Assembly (NCBI GenBank): GCA_964016885.1
Contig: OZ024740.1
Coordinates: forward strand, 430,652,001-430,715,992
DNA length: 63,992 nucleotides
DNA from: Eledone cirrhosa
Taxonomy: Eukaryota
Reading direction: 5' to 3'
Part shown: one piece after another, positions 23,677-39,800 of the stretch
How the letters are laid out: each line of letters opens with the position of its first letter
How positions within the stretch are numbered: position 1 is the stretch's first letter
Notes under the pieces: model-generated
Database searches by the model: none
What the model saw: the letters and a program-made list of their open reading frames with translations, nothing else
Told to the model about the DNA's origin: nothing
Translations under genes and position numbers: made by a program

Positions 23677-24160
23677 AAGGTCATCCAGCCATAGAAATCA
23701 TACCATGTAAGGTCATCCAGCCATAGAAATCATACCATGTAAGGTCATCCAGCCATAGAAATCATACCATATAAGGTCATCCAGCCATAGAAATCATACC
23801 ATATAAGGTCATCTAGCCATAGAAATCATACCATATAAGGTCATCCAGCCATAGAAATCATACCATGTAAGGTCATCCAGCCATAGAAATCATACCATAT
23901 AAGGTCATCCAGCCATAGAAATCATACCATGTAAGGTCATCCAGCCATAGAAATCATACCATATAAGGTCATCCAGCCATAGAAATCATACCATGTAAGG
24001 TCATCCAGCCATAGAAATCATACCATATAAGGTCATCCAGCCATAGAAATCATACCATATAAGGTCATCCAGCCATAGAAATCATACCATATAAGGTCAT
24101 CCAGCCATAGAAATTATACCATATAAGGTCATCTAGCCATAGAAATCATACCATATAAGG
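23677..24160. repeat. 32-bp minisatellite, ~15 copies, SINE-derived
   Basis: Unit AAGGTCATCCAGCCATAGAAATCATACCAT(G/A)T resembles the SINE body AAGGGCATCCAGC(C/T)ATAGAAATCAAGCCA (e.g. ~62205-62233). Confidence 0.92.
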
Positions 24161-24847
24161 GTTGAACAGACTCTTCTGTCAACTCAACAGCATTACAACT
24201 TCTATAGTTCTGATATAATGGCACTCCGACAGTTACGACGAGTGTTCCAGTTGATTCCATCAGCGTGGCTGAGTGGTTAGAGAGTTGCATTTGCAATCGT
24301 GAGGCTGTGAGTTCAATTTCTGGACCGGGTGATGCATTATGTCCTTGAACAAGACACTTTATTTTACTTTGCTTCTTCTACCTGGAGTTGCAACCAATAG
24401 ATAAGTATTAGCAATTGGAAAGGCCAACAGAAATATTGTTTCCTCGGTCCAATTTGACGAAAGTCAATCGACTGTCGATATATGAATGTATGCAAGATAT
24501 CTGTAGATAAAAAACTAAGGAAAACAATGCTCAATCTAGTTCAAGAGAGCTTATTTAGTATATATTGAAATTTCATACACTTAACATGCATGTGTAACCT
24601 TAGGTTTCAGGATCCAATTATGGACACCACTGTCATTTTGTCCTTGCACCTGATGAGTGAGGCCAGTTTTAGAATGGCTCCTCCAATATCAGTGGTGGTC
24701 ATAACTGGACAGTCAAACCTAAGGTCGTGCATACATGTTATATGTATGAAATTTTTATATAAACTATGTGTGTGTTTATGTCCCTTAACTTAGCGAACTT
24801 AGCAATTTGACAAACCGAGATTAATAGAAAAAATGCCAGACTTGAAA

Positions 24848-27800
24848 AACTAAATACTGAGGTTGATATGATTGACTAAATAAAGGTGGTGCCCCAGTAT
24901 GGCTGCAGTCTAATGATAAAAGATAACAGCATATATGTCATACTGAACACTTCCCATTCTCTCAACTTACTATACTTCAAAGAACTAATTATTTCATATT
25001 TCCTTGTATGGTTTTCTTGTATTTTTATGTTAGAAACATTGTTTTTCTCATTTGCTGTGTGGAGTTTCTGTCTCGTTATCTTGTGACTCAGTTGAAAGAA
25101 TTACGCAATATATAGGTACCCCGGTCTTGTCTAGTTTTAATTTTCTTCAAATAGCTCCCTTTTTCATTGAATTACTTGTGACACCTACAGAAGCATTTTA
25201 CTGTGTGGACTAGGTGCCTTTTATTATGACACCAACACTACCACTTTACAGTGTGGACTGAGTGCCTTTTATTGTGACACTAATACTACCACTTTACAGT
25301 GTGGTCTGGGTGCCATTTATTGTGACACCAAAACTACCACTTTACAGTGTGGACTGGGTGCCTTTTATTGTGAAACCAACACTACCACTTTGCAGTGTGG
25401 ACTGAGTGCCTTTTATTGTGACACTAATACTACCACTTTACAGTGTGGACTGGGTGCCTTTTATTGTGACACCAACACTACCACTTTACAGTGTGGTCTG
25501 GGTGCCATTTATTGTGACACCAACACTACCACTTCACAGTGAGGACTGGGTGCCTTTTATTGTGACACCAACACTACCACTTTACAGTGTGGACTGAGTG
25601 CCTTTTATTGTGACACCAACGCTACCACTTTACAGTGTGGACTGGGTGCCTTTTATTGTGACACCAACGCTACCACTTTACAGTGTGGACTACGTGCCTT
25701 TTATTGTGACACCAACACTACCACTTCAGTGTGGACTGAGTGCCTTTTATTGTGACACCAACGCTACCACTTTACAGTGTGGACTGAGTGCCTTTTATTG
25801 TGACACCAACGCTACCACTTTACAGTGTGGACTGAGTGCCTTTTATTGTGACACCAATGCTACCACTTTACAGTGTGGACTGAGTGCCTTTTATTGTGAC
25901 ACCAACGCTACCACTTTACAGTGTGGACTACGTGCCTTTTATTGTGACACCAACACTACCACTTCACAGTGTGGACTGAGTGCCTTTTATTGTGACACCA
26001 ACACTACCACTTTACAGTGTGGACTGAGTGCCTTTTATTGTGACACCAATGCTACCACTTTACAGTGTGGACTACGTGCCTTTTATTGTGACACCAACAC
26101 TACCACTTTACAGTGTGGACTGTGTGCCTTTTACTGTGACACCAACACTACCACTTTACAGTGTGGACTGAGTGCCTTTTATTGTGACACCAACACTACC
26201 ACTTTACAGTGTGGACTGAGTGCCTTTTATTGTGACACCAACACTACCACTTTACAGTGTGGACTGTGTGCCTTTTACTGTGACACCAACACTACCACTT
26301 CACAGTGTGGACTGTGTGCCTTTTACTGTGACACCAACACTACCACTTCACAGTGAGGACTGAGTGCCTTTTATTGTGACACCAACACTACCACTTCACA
26401 GTGAGGACTGAGTGCCTTTTATTGTGACACCAACACTACCACTTCACAGTGAGGACTGGGTGCCTTTTATTGTGACACCAACACTACCACTTTACAATTT
26501 TTAATGTCAACAATTATTTCTATAGAGATGAGAGACATGTCTATACATGTAAACAATAATCACATAGTATTAATCTGTATTTTATCTGGTATGGGAAAGA
26601 AAGAAAGAATATAGGCAAACAATGACCCAAGGATTATAGTGCACACTTCCCCTGTAATATCATCATCACCATCAAATACATGGCTTGTGCTGCAATTCCA
26701 AACTACATCTCATCTAGGTTAGCTCCTTAATCAGCTGTCCTATAACTCTTTTTCTCACCTTCATAATCTGGTCAACCAACTTAATGCCTCTATAGTTTTC
26801 TCTATCTAGATCTTCACAGTTGACGATGCTGCTGCTATGCCAGTCATTGGGTATGACACCATTATATATACATAATGATGATGATATAATAAACTTAGGA
26901 AAATTAACAAAGACAAGGCAAGACGAAAGCAAATTTTTTTGAAGGGAAAACCTTACAAAAAAATTGTTTTTTTAATTATAAATATATAAATAGAAACAGA
27001 AGACACAGCACTCCAAGGTCTTCAGCCATCGAACTAAATACTGAGGTTGATATGATTGACTAAATAAAGGTGGTGCCCCAGTATGGCTGCAGTCTAATGA
27101 TAAAAGATAACAGCATATATGTCATACTGAACACTTCCCATTCTCTCAACTTACTATACTTCAAAGAACTAATTATTTCATATTTCCTTGTCTGGTTTTC
27201 TTGTATTTTTATGTTAGAAACATTGTTTTTCTCATTTGCTGTGTGGAGTTTCTGTCACGTTATCTTGTGACTCAGTTGAAAGAATTACGCAATATATAGG
27301 TACCCCGGTCTTGTCTAGTTTTAATTTTCTTCAAATAGCTCCCTTTTTCATTGAATTACTTGTGACACCTACAGAAGCACTTAACTGTGTGGACTAGGTG
27401 CATTTTATTGTGACACCAACACTACCACTTCACAGTGTGGACTGGGCACTTTTGTTGTGACACCAACACTACCACTTTACAGTGTGGACTGAGTGCCTTT
27501 TATTGTGACACCAACACTACCACTTTACAGTGTGGACTAGGTCCCTTCTATTGTGAAACCAACACTACCACTTTACAGTGTGGACTGGGTGCCTTTTGTT
27601 GTGACACCAACACTACCACTTTACAGTGTGAACTGGGTGTCTTTTATTGTGACACAACACTACCACTTTACAGTGTGGACTGGGTGCCTTTTATTGTGAC
27701 ACCAACACTACCACTTTACAGTTGGACTGAGTGCCTTTTATTGTGGCACCAACACTACCACTTTACAGTGTGGACTGAGTACCTTTCATTGTGACACCAA

Positions 27801-30800
27801 CACTACCACTTTACAGTGTGGACTGGGTGCCTTTTATTGTGACAACAACACTACCACTTTACAGTGTGATCTGAGTGCCTTTTATTGTGACACCAACACT
27901 ACCACTTTACAGTGTGGACTGAGTGCCTTTTATTGTGACAACAACACTACCACTTTACAGTGTTGACTGAGTGCCTTTTGTTGTAACACCAACACTACCA
28001 CTTTACAGTGTGGACTGGGTGCCTTTTTGTTGTGACACCAACACTACCACTTTGAAGTGTGGACGGAGTGCCTTTTATTGTGACACCAACACTACCACTC
28101 TACAGTGTGGACTGAGTGCCTTTTATTGTGAAACCAACACTACCACTTCACAGTATGGACTGAGTACCTTTCATTGTGACACCAACACTACCACTTTACA
28201 GTGTGGACTGAGTGCCTTTTATTGTGAAACCAACACTACCACCTTACAGTGTGGACTGGGTGCCTTTTATTGTGACACCAACACTACCACTTCACAGTAT
28301 GGACTGAGTACCTTTCATTGTGACACCAACACTACCACTTCACAGTGTGGACTGAGTGCCTTTTATTGTGACACCAACACTACCACTTTACAGTGTGGAC
28401 TGGGTGCCTTTTGTTGTGACACCAACACTACCACTTCACAGTGTGGACTGTGTGCCTTTTACTGTGACACCAACACTACCACTTTACAGTGAGGACTGAG
28501 TGCCTTTTATTGTGACACCAACACTACCACTTTACAGTGTGGACTGAGTGCCTTTTATTGTGACACCAACACTACCACTTTACAGTGTGGACTGGGTGCC
28601 TTTTATTGTGACACCAACACTACCACTTCACAGTGTGGACTGTGTGCCTTTTACTGTGACACCAACACTACCACTTTACAATGAGGACTGAGTGCCTTTT
28701 ACTGTGACACCAACACTACCACTTTAGAGTGAGGACTGAGTGCCTTTTATTGTGACACCAACACTACCACTTTACAGTGTGGACTGAGTCCCTTTTATTG
28801 TGACACCAACACTACCACCTTACAGTGTGGACTGGGTGCCTTTTATTGTGACACCAACACTACCACTTCACAGTGTGGACTGTGTGCCTTTTACTGTGAC
28901 ACCAACACTACCACTTCACAGTGTGGACTGAGTGCCTTTTATTGTGACACCAACACTACCACTTTACAGTGTGGACTGGGTGCCTTTTATTGTGACACCA
29001 ACACTACCACTTCACAGTGTGGACTGGGTGCCTTTTACTGTGACACCAACACTACCACTTTACAGTGAGGACTGAGTGCCTTTTATTGTGACACCAACAC
29101 TACCACCTTACGGTGTGGACTGGGTGCCTTTTATTGTGACACCAACACTACCAATTTACAGTGTGGACTGGGTGCCTTTTATTGTGACACCAACACTACC
29201 ACCTTACAGTGTGGACTGGGTGCCTTTTATTGTGACACCAACACTACCACTTCACAGTGTGGACTGGGTGCCTTTTATTGTGACACCAACACTACCACTT
29301 TACAGTGTGGACTGAGTGCCTTTTATTGTGACACCAACACTACCACTTTACAGTGTGGACTGAGTGCCTTTTATTGTGACACCAACACTACTACTTTACA
29401 GTGTGGACTGAGTGCCTTTTATTGTGACACCAACACTACCACTTTACAGTGTGGACTGAGTGCCTTTTATTGTGACACCAACACTACCACTTCACAGTGT
29501 GGACTGGGTGCCTTTTATTGTGACACCAACACTACCACTTTACAGTGTGGACTGAGTACCTTTTATTGTGACACCAACACTACCACTTTACAGTGTGGAC
29601 TGAGTGCCTTTTATTGTGACACCAACACTACCACTTTACAGTGTGGACTGGGTGCCTTTTATTGTGACACCAACACTACCACTTTACAGTGTGGACTGGG
29701 TGCCTTTTATTGTGAAACCAACACTACCACTTTACAGTGTGGACTGGGTGCCTTTTATTGTGACACCAACACTACCACTTTACAGTGTGGACTGGGTGCC
29801 TTTTATTGTGACACCAACACTACCACTTTACAGTGTGGACTGGGTGCCCTTTATTGTGACACCAACACTACCACTTTACAGTGTGGACTGGGTGCCTTTT
29901 ATTGTGACACCAACACTACCACTTTACAGTGTGGACTGGGTGCCTTTTGTTGTGACACCAACACTACCACTTCACAGTGTGGACTGTGTGCCTTTTACTG
30001 TGACACCAACACTACCACTTTACAGTGAGGACTGAGTGCCTTTTATTGTGACACCAACACTACCACTTTACAGTGTGGACTGAGTGCCTTTTATTGTGAC
30101 ACCAACACTACCACTTTACAGTGTGGACTGGGTGCCTTTTATTGTGACACCAACACTACCACTTCACAGTGTGGACTGTGTGCCTTTTACTGTGACACCA
30201 ACACTACCACTTTACAATGAGGACTGAGTGCCTTTTACTGTGACACCAACACTACCACTTTACAGTGAGGACTGAGTGCCTTTTATTGTGACACCAACAC
30301 TACCACTTTACAGTGTGGACTGAGTCCCTTTTATTGTGAGACCAACACTACCACCTTACAGTGTGGACTGGGTGCCTTTTATTGTGACACCAACACTACC
30401 ACTTCACAGTGTGGACTGTGTGCCTTTTACTGTGACACCAACACTACCACTTCACAGTGTGGACTGAGTGCCTTTTATTGTGACACCAACACTACCACTT
30501 CACAGTGTGGACTGGGTGCCTTTTACTGTGACACCAACACTACCACTTTACAGTGAGGACTGAGTGCCTTTTATTGTGACACCAACACTACCACCTTACG
30601 GTGTGGACTGGGTGCCTTTTATTGTGACACCAACACTACCAATTTACAGTGAGGACTGAGTGCCTTTTATTGTGACACCAACACTACCACCTTACGGTGT
30701 GGACTGGGTGCCTTTTATTGTGACACCAACACTACCACTTCACAGTGTGGACTGTGTGCCTTTTACTGTGACACCAACACTACCAATTTACAGTGTGGAC

Positions 30801-33800
30801 TGGGTGCCTTTTATTGTGACACCAACACTACCACTTCACAGTGTGGACTGAGTGCCTTTTATTGTGACACCAACACTACCACTTTACAATTTTTAATGTC
30901 AACAATTATTTCTATAGAGATGAGAGACATGTCTATACATGTAAACAATAATCACATAGTATTAATCTGTATTTTATCTGGAATGGGAAAGAAAGAAAGA
31001 ATATAGGCAAACAATGACCCAAGGATTATAGTGCACACTTCCCCTGTAATATCATCATCACCATCAAATACATGGCTTGGGCTCCAATTCCAAACTACAT
31101 CTCATCTAGGTTAACTCGTTAATCAGCTGTCCTATAACTCTTTTTCTCACCTTCATAATCTGGTCAACCAACTTAATGCCTCTATAGTTTTCTCTATCTA
31201 GATCTTCACAGTTGACGATGCTGCTGCTATGCCAGTCATTGGGTATGACACCATTATATATACATAATGATGATGATATAATAAACTTAGGAAAATTAAC
31301 AAAGACAAGGCAAGACGAAAGCAAATTTTTTTGAAGGGAAAACCTTACAAAAAAATTGTTTTTTTAATTATAAATATATAAATAGAAACAGAAGACACAG
31401 CACTCCAAGGTCTTCAGCCATCGAACTAAATACTGAGGTTGATATGATTGACTAAATGAAGGTGGTGCCCCAGTATGGCTGCAGTCTAATGATAAAAGAT
31501 AACAGCATATATGTCATACTGAACACTTCCCATTCTCTCAACTCAAGATACTTCAAAGAACTAATTATTTCATATTTCCTTGTCTGGTTTTCTTGTATTT
31601 TTATGTTAGAAACATTGTTTTTCTCATTTGCTGTGTGGAGTTTCTGTCACGTTATCTTGTGACTCAGTTGAAAGAATTACGCAATATATAGGTACCCCGG
31701 TCTTGTCTAGTTTTAATTTTCTTCAAATAGCTCCCTTTTTCATTGAATTACTTGTGACACCTACAGAAGCACTTAACTGTGTGGACTAGGTGCATTTTAT
31801 TGTGACACCAACACTACCACTTTACAGTGTGGACTGAGTGCCTTTTATTGTGACACCAACACTACCACTTTACAGTGTGGTCTGAGTGCCTTTTATTGTA
31901 ACACCAACACTACCACTTTACAGTGTGGACTGAGTGCCTTTTATTGTGACACCAACACTACCACTTTACAGTGTGGACTGAGTGCCTTTTATTGTGGCAC
32001 CAACACTACCACTTTACAGTGTGGACTGGGTGCCTTTTATTGTGACACCAACACTACCACTTTACAGTGTGGACTGAGTGCCTTTTATTGTGACACAAAC
32101 ACTACCACTTTACAGTGTGGTCTGAGTGCCTTTTATTGTAACACCAACACTACCACTTTACAGTGTGGACTGAGTGCCTTTTATTGTGACACCAACACTA
32201 CCACTTTACAGTGTGGACTGAGTGCCTTTTATTGTGGCACCAACACTACCACTTTACAGTGTGGACTGGGTGCCTTTTATTGTGACACCAACACTACCAC
32301 TTTACAGTGTGGACTGAGTGCCTTTTATTGTGACACCAACACTACCACTTTACAGTGTGGACTGAGTGCATTTTATTGTGACACCAACACTACCACTTTA
32401 CAGTGTGGACTGAGTGCCTTTTATTGTGACACCAACCCGACCAATTTACAGTGTGGTCTGGGTGCCTTTTATTGTGACACTAACACTACCACTTTACAGT
32501 GTGGTCTGGGTGCCTTTTATTGACACCAACACTACCACTTTACAGTGTGTTCTGAGTGCCTTTTATTGTGACACCAACACTACCACTTTACAGTGTGTTC
32601 TGAGTGCCTTTTATTGTGACACCAACACTACCACTTTACAGTGTGGACTGAGTGCCTTTTATTGTGGCACCAACACTACCACTTTACAGTGTGGACTGAG
32701 TACCTTTCATTGTGACACCGACACTACCACTTTACAGTGTGGACTGGGTGCCTTTTATTGTGACAACAACACTACCACTTTACAGTGTGATCTGAGTGCC
32801 TTTTATTGTGACACCAACACTACCACTTTACAGTGTGGACTGAGTGCCTTTTATTGTGACAACAACACTACCACTTTACAGTGTTGACTGAGTGCCTTTT
32901 GTTGTGACACCAACACTACCACTTTACAGTGTGGACTGGGTGCCTTTTATTGTGACACCAACACTACCACTTTACAGTGTGGACTGAGTGCCTTTTACTG
33001 TGACACCAACACTACCACTTTACACTGAGGACTGAGTGCCTTTTATTGTGACAACAACACTACCACTTTACAGTGTTGACTGGGTGCCTTTTGTTGTGAC
33101 ACCAACACTACCACTTTACAGTGTGATCTGAGTGCCTTTTATTGTGACACCAACACTACCACTTTACAGTGTGGACTGAGTGCCTTTTATTGTGACACCA
33201 ACACTACCACTTTACAGTGTGGACTGAGTGCCTTTTATTGTGACACCAACACTACCACTCTACAGTGTGGTCTGGGTGCCTTTTATTGTGAAACCAACAC
33301 TACCACCTTACAGTGTGGACTGGGTGCCTTTTATTGTGACACCAACACTACCACTTTACAGTTGGACTGAGTGCCTTTTATTGTGACACCAACACTACCA
33401 CCTTACAGTGTGGACTGGGTGCCTTTTATTGTGACACCAACACTACCACTTCACAGTGTGGACTGAGTGCCTTTTATTGTGACACCAACACTACCACCTT
33501 ACAGTGTGGACTGAGTGCCTTTTGTTGTGACACCAACACTACCACTTTACAGTTGGACTACGTGCCTTTTATTGTGACACTAACACTAACACTCTACAGT
33601 ATGGACTGAGTACCTTTCATTGTGACACCAACACTACCACTTTACAGTGTGGACTGAGTGCCTTTTATTGTGAAACCAACACTACCACCTTACAGTGTGG
33701 ACTGAGTGCCTTTTATTGTGAAACCAACACTACCACTTCACAGTATGGACTGAGTACCTTTCATTGTGACACCAACACTACCACTTTACAGTGTGGACTG

Positions 33801-36800
33801 AGTGCCTTTTATTGTGAAACCAACACTACCACTTCACAGTGTGGACTGTGTGCCTTTTACTGTGACACCAACACTACCACTTCACAGTGTGGTCTGAGTG
33901 CCTTTTATTGTGACACCAACACTACCACTTTACAGTGTGGACTGGGTGCCTTTTGTTGTGACACCAACACTACCACTTCACAGTGTGGACTGTATGCCTT
34001 TTACTGTGACACCAACACTACCACTTTACAGTGAGGACTGAGTGCCTTTCATTGTGACACCAACACTACCACTTTACAGTGTGGACTGAGTGCCTTTTAT
34101 TGTGACACCAACACTACCACTTTACAGTGTGGACTGGGTGCCTTTTATTGTGACACCAACACTACCACTTCACAGTGTGGACTGTGTGCCTTTTATTGTG
34201 ACACCAACACTACCACTTTACAGTGAGGACTGAGTGCCTTTTACTGTGACACCAACACTACCACTTTACAGTGAGGACTGAGTGCCTTTTATTGTGACAC
34301 CAACACTACCACTTTACAGTGTGGACTGAGTGCCTTTTATTGTGACACCAACACTACCACCTTACAGTGTGGACTAGGTGCCTTTTATTGTGACACCAAC
34401 ACTACCACTTCACAGTGTGGACTGTGTGCCTTTTACTGTGACACCAACACTACCACTTCACAGTGTGGACTGAGTGCCTTTTATTGTGACACCAACACTA
34501 CCACTTTACAGTGTGGACTGGGTGCCTTTTATTGTGACACCAACACTACCACCTTACAGTGTGGACTGGGTGCCTTTTATTGTGACACCAACACTACCAC
34601 TTCACAGTGTGGACTGTGTGCCTTTTATTATGACACCAACACTACCACTTCACAGTGTGGACTGAGTGCCTTTTATTGTGAAACCAACACTACCACTTTA
34701 CAGTGTGGACTGAGTGCCTTTTACTGTGACACCAACACTACCACTTTACAGTGAGGACTGAGTGCCTTTTATTGTGACACCAACACTACCACCTTACAGT
34801 GTGGACTGGGTGCCTTTTATTGTGACACCAACACTACCACTTTACAGTGTGGACTGGGTGCCTTTTATTGTGACACCAACACTACCACTTTACAGTGTGG
34901 ACTGAGTGCCTTTTACTGTGACACCAACACTACCACTTTACAGTGTGGACTGAGTGCCTTTTACTGTGACACCAACACTACCACTTTACAGTGTGGACTG
35001 AGTGCCTTTTACTGTGACACCAACACTACCACTTCACAGTGTGGACTGGGTGCCTTTTATTGTGACACCAACACTACCACTTTACAATTTTTAATGTCAA
35101 CAATTATTTCTATAGAGATGAGAGACATGTCTATACATGTAAACAATAATCACATAGTATTAATCTGTATTTTATCTGGAATGGGAAAGAAAGAAAGAAT
35201 ATAGGCAAACAATGACCCAAGGATTATAGTGCACACTTCCCCTGTAATATCATCATCACCATCAAATACATGGCTTGGGCTCCAATTCCAAACTACATCT
35301 CATCTAGGTTAGCTCCTTAATCAGCTGTCCTATAACTCTTTTTCTCACCTTCATAATCTGGTCAACCAACTTAATGCCTCTATAGTTTTCTCTATCTAGA
35401 TCTTCACAGTTGACGATGCTGCTGCTATGCCAGTCATTGGGTATGACACCATTATATATACATAATGATGATGATATAATAAACTTAGGAAAATTAACAA
35501 AGACAAGGCAAGACGAAAGCAAATTTTTTTGAAGGGAAAACCTTACAAAAAAATTGTTTTTTTAATTATAAATATATAAATAGAAACAGAAGACACAGCA
35601 CTCCAAGGTCTTCAGCCATCGAACTAAATACTGAGGTTGATATGATTGACTAAATGAAGGTGGTGCCCCAGTATGGCTGCAGTCTAATGATAAAAGATAA
35701 CAGCATATATGTCATACTGAACACTTCCCATTCTCTCAACTTACTATACTTCAAAGAACTAATTATTTCATATTTCCTTGTCTGGTTTTCTTGTATTTTT
35801 ATGTTAGAAACATTGTTTTTCTCATTTGCTGTGTGGAGTTTCTGTCACGTTATCTTGTGACTCAGTTGAAAGAATTACGCAATATATAGGTACCCCGGTC
35901 TTGTCTAGTTTTAATTTTCTTCAAATAGCTCCCTTTTTCATTGAATTACTTGTGACACCTACAGAAGCACTTAACTGTGTGGACTAGGTGCATTTTATTG
36001 TGACACCAACACTACCACTTTACAGTGTGGACTGAGTGCCTTTTATTGTGACACCAACACTACCACTTTACAGTGTGGACTGAGTGCCTTTTATTGTGAC
36101 ACCAACACTACCACTTTACAGTGTGGACTGAGTGCTTTTATTGTGACACCAACACTACCACTTTACAGTGTGGACTGAGTGCCTTTTATTGTGACACCAA
36201 CACTACCACTTTACAGTGTGGACTGAGTGCCTTTTATTGTGACACCAACACTACCACTTTACAGTGTGGACTGAGTGCTTTTATTGTGACACCAACACTA
36301 CCACTTTACAGTGTGGACTGAGTGCCTTTTATTGTGACACCAACACTACCACTTTACAGTGAGGACTGAGTGCCTTTTGTTGTGACACCAACACTACCAC
36401 TTTACAGTGAGGACTGAGTGCCTTTTATTGTGACACCAACACTACCACTTTACAGTGTGGACTGCGTGCCTTTCATTGTGACACCAACACTACCACTTTA
36501 CAGTGTGGACTGAGTGCCTTTTATTGTGACACCAACCCGACCAATTTACAGTGTGGGCTGGGTGCCTTTTATTGTGACACTAACACTACCACTTTACAGT
36601 GTGGTCTGGGTGCCTTTTATTGACACCAACACTACTACTCTACAGTGTGGTCTGAGTGCCTTTTATTCTGACACCAACACTACCACTTTACAGTGTGGAC
36701 TGAGTGCCTTTTATTGACACCAACACTACCACTTTACAGTTGGACTGAGTGCCTTTTATTGTGACACCAACACTACTACTTTACAGTGTGGACTGAGTTC

Positions 36801-39800
36801 CTTTTATTGTGACATCAACACTACTACTTTACAGTGTGGTCTGGGTGCCTTTTATTGTGAAACCAACACTACCACTTCACAGTGTGGACAGAGTGCTTTT
36901 TATTGTGACACCAACACTACCACCTTACAGTGTGGACTGGGTGCCTTTTATTGTGACACCAACACTACCACTTTACAGTGTGGACTGAGTGCCTTTTATT
37001 GACACCAACACTACCACTTTACAGTTGGACTGAGTGCCTTTTATTGTGACACTAACACTACCACTTTACAGTGTGGACTGAGTGCTTTTTATTGTAACAC
37101 CAAGACTACCACTTTACAGTGTGGACTGAGTGCCTTTTATTGTGACACCAACACTACCACTTTACAGTATGGACTGAGTGCCTTTTATTGTGATACCAAC
37201 ACTACCACTTTACAGTGTGGACTGGGTGCCTTTTGTTGTGACACCAACACTACCACTTTACAGTGTGGACTGGGTGCCTTTTGTTGTGACACCAATACTA
37301 CCACTTTACAGGGTTGACTGAGTGCCTTTTATTGTGACACCAACACTACCACTTTACAGTGTGGACTGGGTGCCTTTTGTTGTGTCACCAACACTACCAC
37401 TTTACAGTGTTGACTGGGTTCCTTTAGTTGTGACACCAACACTACCACTTTACAGTGTGGACTGAGTGCCTTTTGTTGTGACACCAACACTACCACTTTA
37501 CAGTGTTGACCGAGTGCCTTTTATTGTGGCACCAACACTACCACTTTACAGTGTGAACTGGGTGCCTTTTATTGTGACACCAACACTACCACTTTACAGT
37601 GTGGACTGAGTACCTTTCATTGTGACACCAACACTACCACTTTACAGTGTGGACTGGGTGCCTTTTATTGTGACACCAACACTACCACTTTACAGTGTTG
37701 ACTGGGTGCCTTTTGTTGTGACACCAACACTACCACTTTACAGTGTGGACTGGGTGCCTTTTATTGTGACACCAACACTACCACTTTACAGTGTTGACTG
37801 GGTGCCTTTTGTTGTGACACCAACACTACCACTTTACAGTGTGGACTGGGTGCCTTTTATTGTGACACCAACACTACCACTTTACAGTGTGGACTGAGTA
37901 CCTTTCATTGTGACACCAACACTACCACTTTACAGTGTGGACTGAGCGCCTTTTGTTGTGACACTAACACTACCACTTTACAGTGTGGACTGAGTGCCTT
38001 TTGTTGTGACACCAACACTACCACTTTACAGTGTGAACTGGGTGCCTTTTATTGTGACACCAACACTACCACTTTACAGTGTGGACTGAGTGCCTTTTGT
38101 TGTGACACTAACACTACCACTTTACAGCGTGGACTGGGTGCCTTTTGTTGACACCAACACTACCACTTTACAGTGAGGACTGAGTGCCTTTTATTGTGAT
38201 ACCAACGCTACCACTTTACAGTGTGGTCTGGGTGCCTTTTAATTGTGACACCAACACTACCACTTTACAGTGTGGACTGGGTGCCTTTTATTGTGACACC
38301 AACACTACCACTTTACAGTGTGGACTGAGTGCCTTTTGTTGTGACACTAACACTACCACTTTACAGTGTGGACTGAGTGCCTTTTGTTGTGACACCAACA
38401 CTACCACTTTACAGTGTGAACTGGGTGCCTTTTGTTGTGACACCAACACTACCACTTTACAGTGTGAACTGGGTGCCTTTTGTTGTGACACCAACACTAC
38501 CACTTTACAGTGTGAACTGGGTGCCTTTTATTGTGACACCAACACTACCACTTTACAGTGTGGACTGAGTGCCTTTTGTTGTGACACTAACACTACCACT
38601 TTACAGTGTGGACTGAGTGCCTTTTGTTGTGACACCAACACTACCACTTTACAGTGTGAACTGGGTGCCTTTTGTTGTGACACCAACACTACCACTTTAC
38701 AGTGTGAACTGGGTGCCTTTTATTGTGAAACCAACACTACCACTTCACAGTGTGGACAGAGTGCTTTTTATTGTGACACCAACACTACCACCTTACAGTG
38801 TGGACTGGGTGCCTTTTATTGTGACACCAACACTACCACTTTACAGTGTGGACTGAGTGCCTTTTATTGACACCAACACTACCACTTTACAGTTGGACTG
38901 AGTGCCTTTTATTGTGACACTAACACTACCACTTTACAGTGTGGACTGAGTGCTTTTTATTGTAACACCAAGACTACCACTTTACAGTGTGGACTGAGTG
39001 CCTTTTATTGTGACACCAACACTACCACTTTACAGTATGGACTGAGTGCCTTTTATTGTGATACCAACACTACCACTTTACAGTGTGGACTGGGTGCCTT
39101 TTGTTGTGACACCAACACTACCACTTTACAGTGTGGACTGGGTGCCTTTTGTTGTGACACCAATACTACCACTTTACAGGGTTGACTGAGTGCCTTTTAT
39201 TGTGACACCAACACTACCACTTTACAGTGTGGACTGGGTGCCTTTTGTTGTGTCACCAACACTACCACTTTACAGTGTTGACTGGGTTCCTTTAGTTGTG
39301 ACACCAACACTACCACTTTACAGTGTGGACTGAGTGCCTTTTGTTGTGACACCAACACTACCACTTTACAGTGTTGACCGAGTGCCTTTTATTGTGGCAC
39401 CAACACTACCACTTTACAGTGTGAACTGGGTGCCTTTTATTGTGACACCAACACTACCACTTTACAGTGTGGACTGAGTACCTTTCATTGTGACACCAAC
39501 ACTACCACTTTACAGTGTGGACTGGGTGCCTTTTATTGTGACACCAACACTACCACTTTACAGTGTTGACTGGGTGCCTTTTGTTGTGACACCAACACTA
39601 CCACTTTACAGTGTGGACTGGGTGCCTTTTATTGTGACACCAACACTACCACTTTACAGTGTTGACTGGGTGCCTTTTGTTGTGACACCAACACTACCAC
39701 TTTACAGTGTGGACTGGGTGCCTTTTATTGTGACACCAACACTACCACTTTACAGTGTGGACTGAGTACCTTTCATTGTGACACCAACACTACCACTTTA

